NCBI GenBank assembly: GCA_964016885.1
Contig: OZ024742.1
Coordinates: 58,156,001 to 58,220,000, forward strand
Reading direction: 5' to 3'
DNA length: 64,000 bases
From: Eledone cirrhosa
Taxonomy: Eukaryota
In this document: positions 62,566-64,000 of the stretch, one piece after another
Numbering within the stretch: position 1 is the stretch's first letter
Layout: every line of letters starts with the position of its first letter
Position numbers and translations under genes: made by a program
Notes under the pieces: generated by a model
Told to the model about the DNA's origin: nothing
The model's database searches: none
The model's input: only the letters and a program-made list of their open reading frames with translations

Positions 62566-62742
62566 TCAAGGCGAGGAAGTGTGACGAGGCAGCCATCAAG
62601 AAAGGAAATCACCGGTCAGTAGAGCAAAACAGTACAAGTAATGAGCTGTGTAATTTACCGTTAATAAAAGCTTTTCATAAAACCTATTACGTGTCATACT
62701 TAACAAATGGTGACAAGGATAAGATACGGAAAACATTTGAAC

Positions 62743-63920
62743 TGTAGTGCCCTAGCGGTCGAGAACTCAGAAGTAATGAGAGTTACGTCCCTTGGAGACT
62801 GTAGTGACCCCTAGTGTCAACAACAAGAGGTAATTGGAGTTACGTCCCCATGGGGACTATATATTGAGACAGCAAGAGTGCTCTATCTCTTTTACTACCA
62901 GCAGCCCTGAAGAGAAGATGAACTTTGCCTTCACCCACAACACGTGGAGTGAAGATACCCAGAGCAAACTCTCACCCACTATGGTCTCAAACTACTCAGC
63001 AAAAATGAACCAACTACACAGATAACATCAACAATCTTCGTAACTCATTGGTAATATGTTTATTGTTCTATTTTGACTTCAATGAAGTAAATCTTTGTAC
63101 AAAAAGTAAATCAGCCATTCTTATTCTTTCAACAACTGTTATAATAATATCTGTACTAATACCATTTACTAAAGTGGTGACCCAGCCGTGGGAACTAAAT
63201 GTTCCTTTAAAAAAAAAAAAAAAAAAAAAAAAATACAGAGTGGTATTATAAAATAAAAAATTAATAGAAAACAACACGCTTTTTGATTCTGATATGGCTT
63301 CATTTACCGATCACATAAGGAAGAGAAAACTGAACTTTTTGTTAAGAACAATTATGTAAATATTTTTTTTTCTTCTTTCCCTTGCTCAAATTTGTGAAGA
63401 TGTCAAGATGGCGGCTTTCTTCTTCAACAGTTTTTTTGTCGCGAAACTGTGCGCTATGTTGGTTTCTGTTTTAGGTTCTCTGTAAATATATTGATAATGC
63501 CATTGTTTGCTTAGTCGCTCACTTAGATATTTCGGATGCATTCTTTTTCCTGTCCGGTTGTTTGACAAGTGGGTTTACTTTCTTTTTCCCTTGATATTTC
63601 TTTATTTTCAGAGACGCATTTTGCCGCTTACTGAGATTGCATCAATGGCATCTTATTTTGTTCTCCCTGCTTATACGGGCGACGTGAGATTATGGTTCAC
63701 TCAATGGAAGCATTTTTCGAGGTTAACAACATCGCTGAGGCACAGCAATGTCCCCTCGTCCTTAGTGAAATTCCTCCGGCACTTATCCCAAATATTAAGG
63801 ATCTTGTATTGGAGACACCGACTGACACTACTCACAAGTCGTTAAAGGCTGAAATACTCAGCCGGACTGCACAGTCCGCAAAAAAACACTTTAGAACCAT
63901 ATTAATCTTTGGTCATACTT
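62743..63920 (+). mobile_element. 5' end of a CsRn1-like gypsy element (LTR 62743-63173, PBS 63175-63192, gag from 63645)
   Basis: TGTAGT...ACTAAA LTR and PBS TGGTGACCC. gag MASYFVLPAYTGDVRLWF is homologous to the ORF at 37557. Confidence 0.88.
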
Positions 63921-64000
63921 AGCTCCCTGAAGGTTGAGCGCTTCTTCTGTAATAGATTACTAATAAATGATGGAGTTCTTCAGGATTTCTTCATCTCTCA

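Overview
Eukaryotic, gene-poor window made almost entirely of nested and mostly decayed transposable elements. The SINE/RTE 3' tails resemble cephalopod (octopus-type) repeats, which is an inference. Positions 1-19.8 kb hold a head-to-tail array of four diverged Tx1-clade LINEs, one interrupted by an RTE LINE. Positions 19.8-35.5 kb hold several Penelope-like elements (PLEs) with at least five recognisable hammerhead ribozyme motifs, a fifth Tx1 copy, a Helitron fragment, and a parvovirus NS1-like (SF3 helicase) endogenous viral element lodged between the RT and GIY-YIG halves of a PLE. Positions 35.5-64 kb hold a CRE-like fragment, CsRn1-like gypsy elements with TG...AA LTR ends and tRNA-Trp PBSs, a Helitron helicase with its 3' end, an RTE LINE, and an R4/NeSL-type LINE split into two oppositely oriented halves (probable ~16 kb inversion). 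They also hold a young Mag-like gypsy element and a Chapaev3 fragment. A non-TE-like island at 49.3-53.2 kb carries a three-exon SGNH esterase with mini-introns, a BACK-like ORF between direct repeats and a foldback element. Strong strand bias plus an EVE suggests a piRNA-cluster-like 'TE trap' locus. No intact host gene, rRNA, tRNA gene or CRISPR array is supported. All calls were made by eye from motifs, with no database searches.
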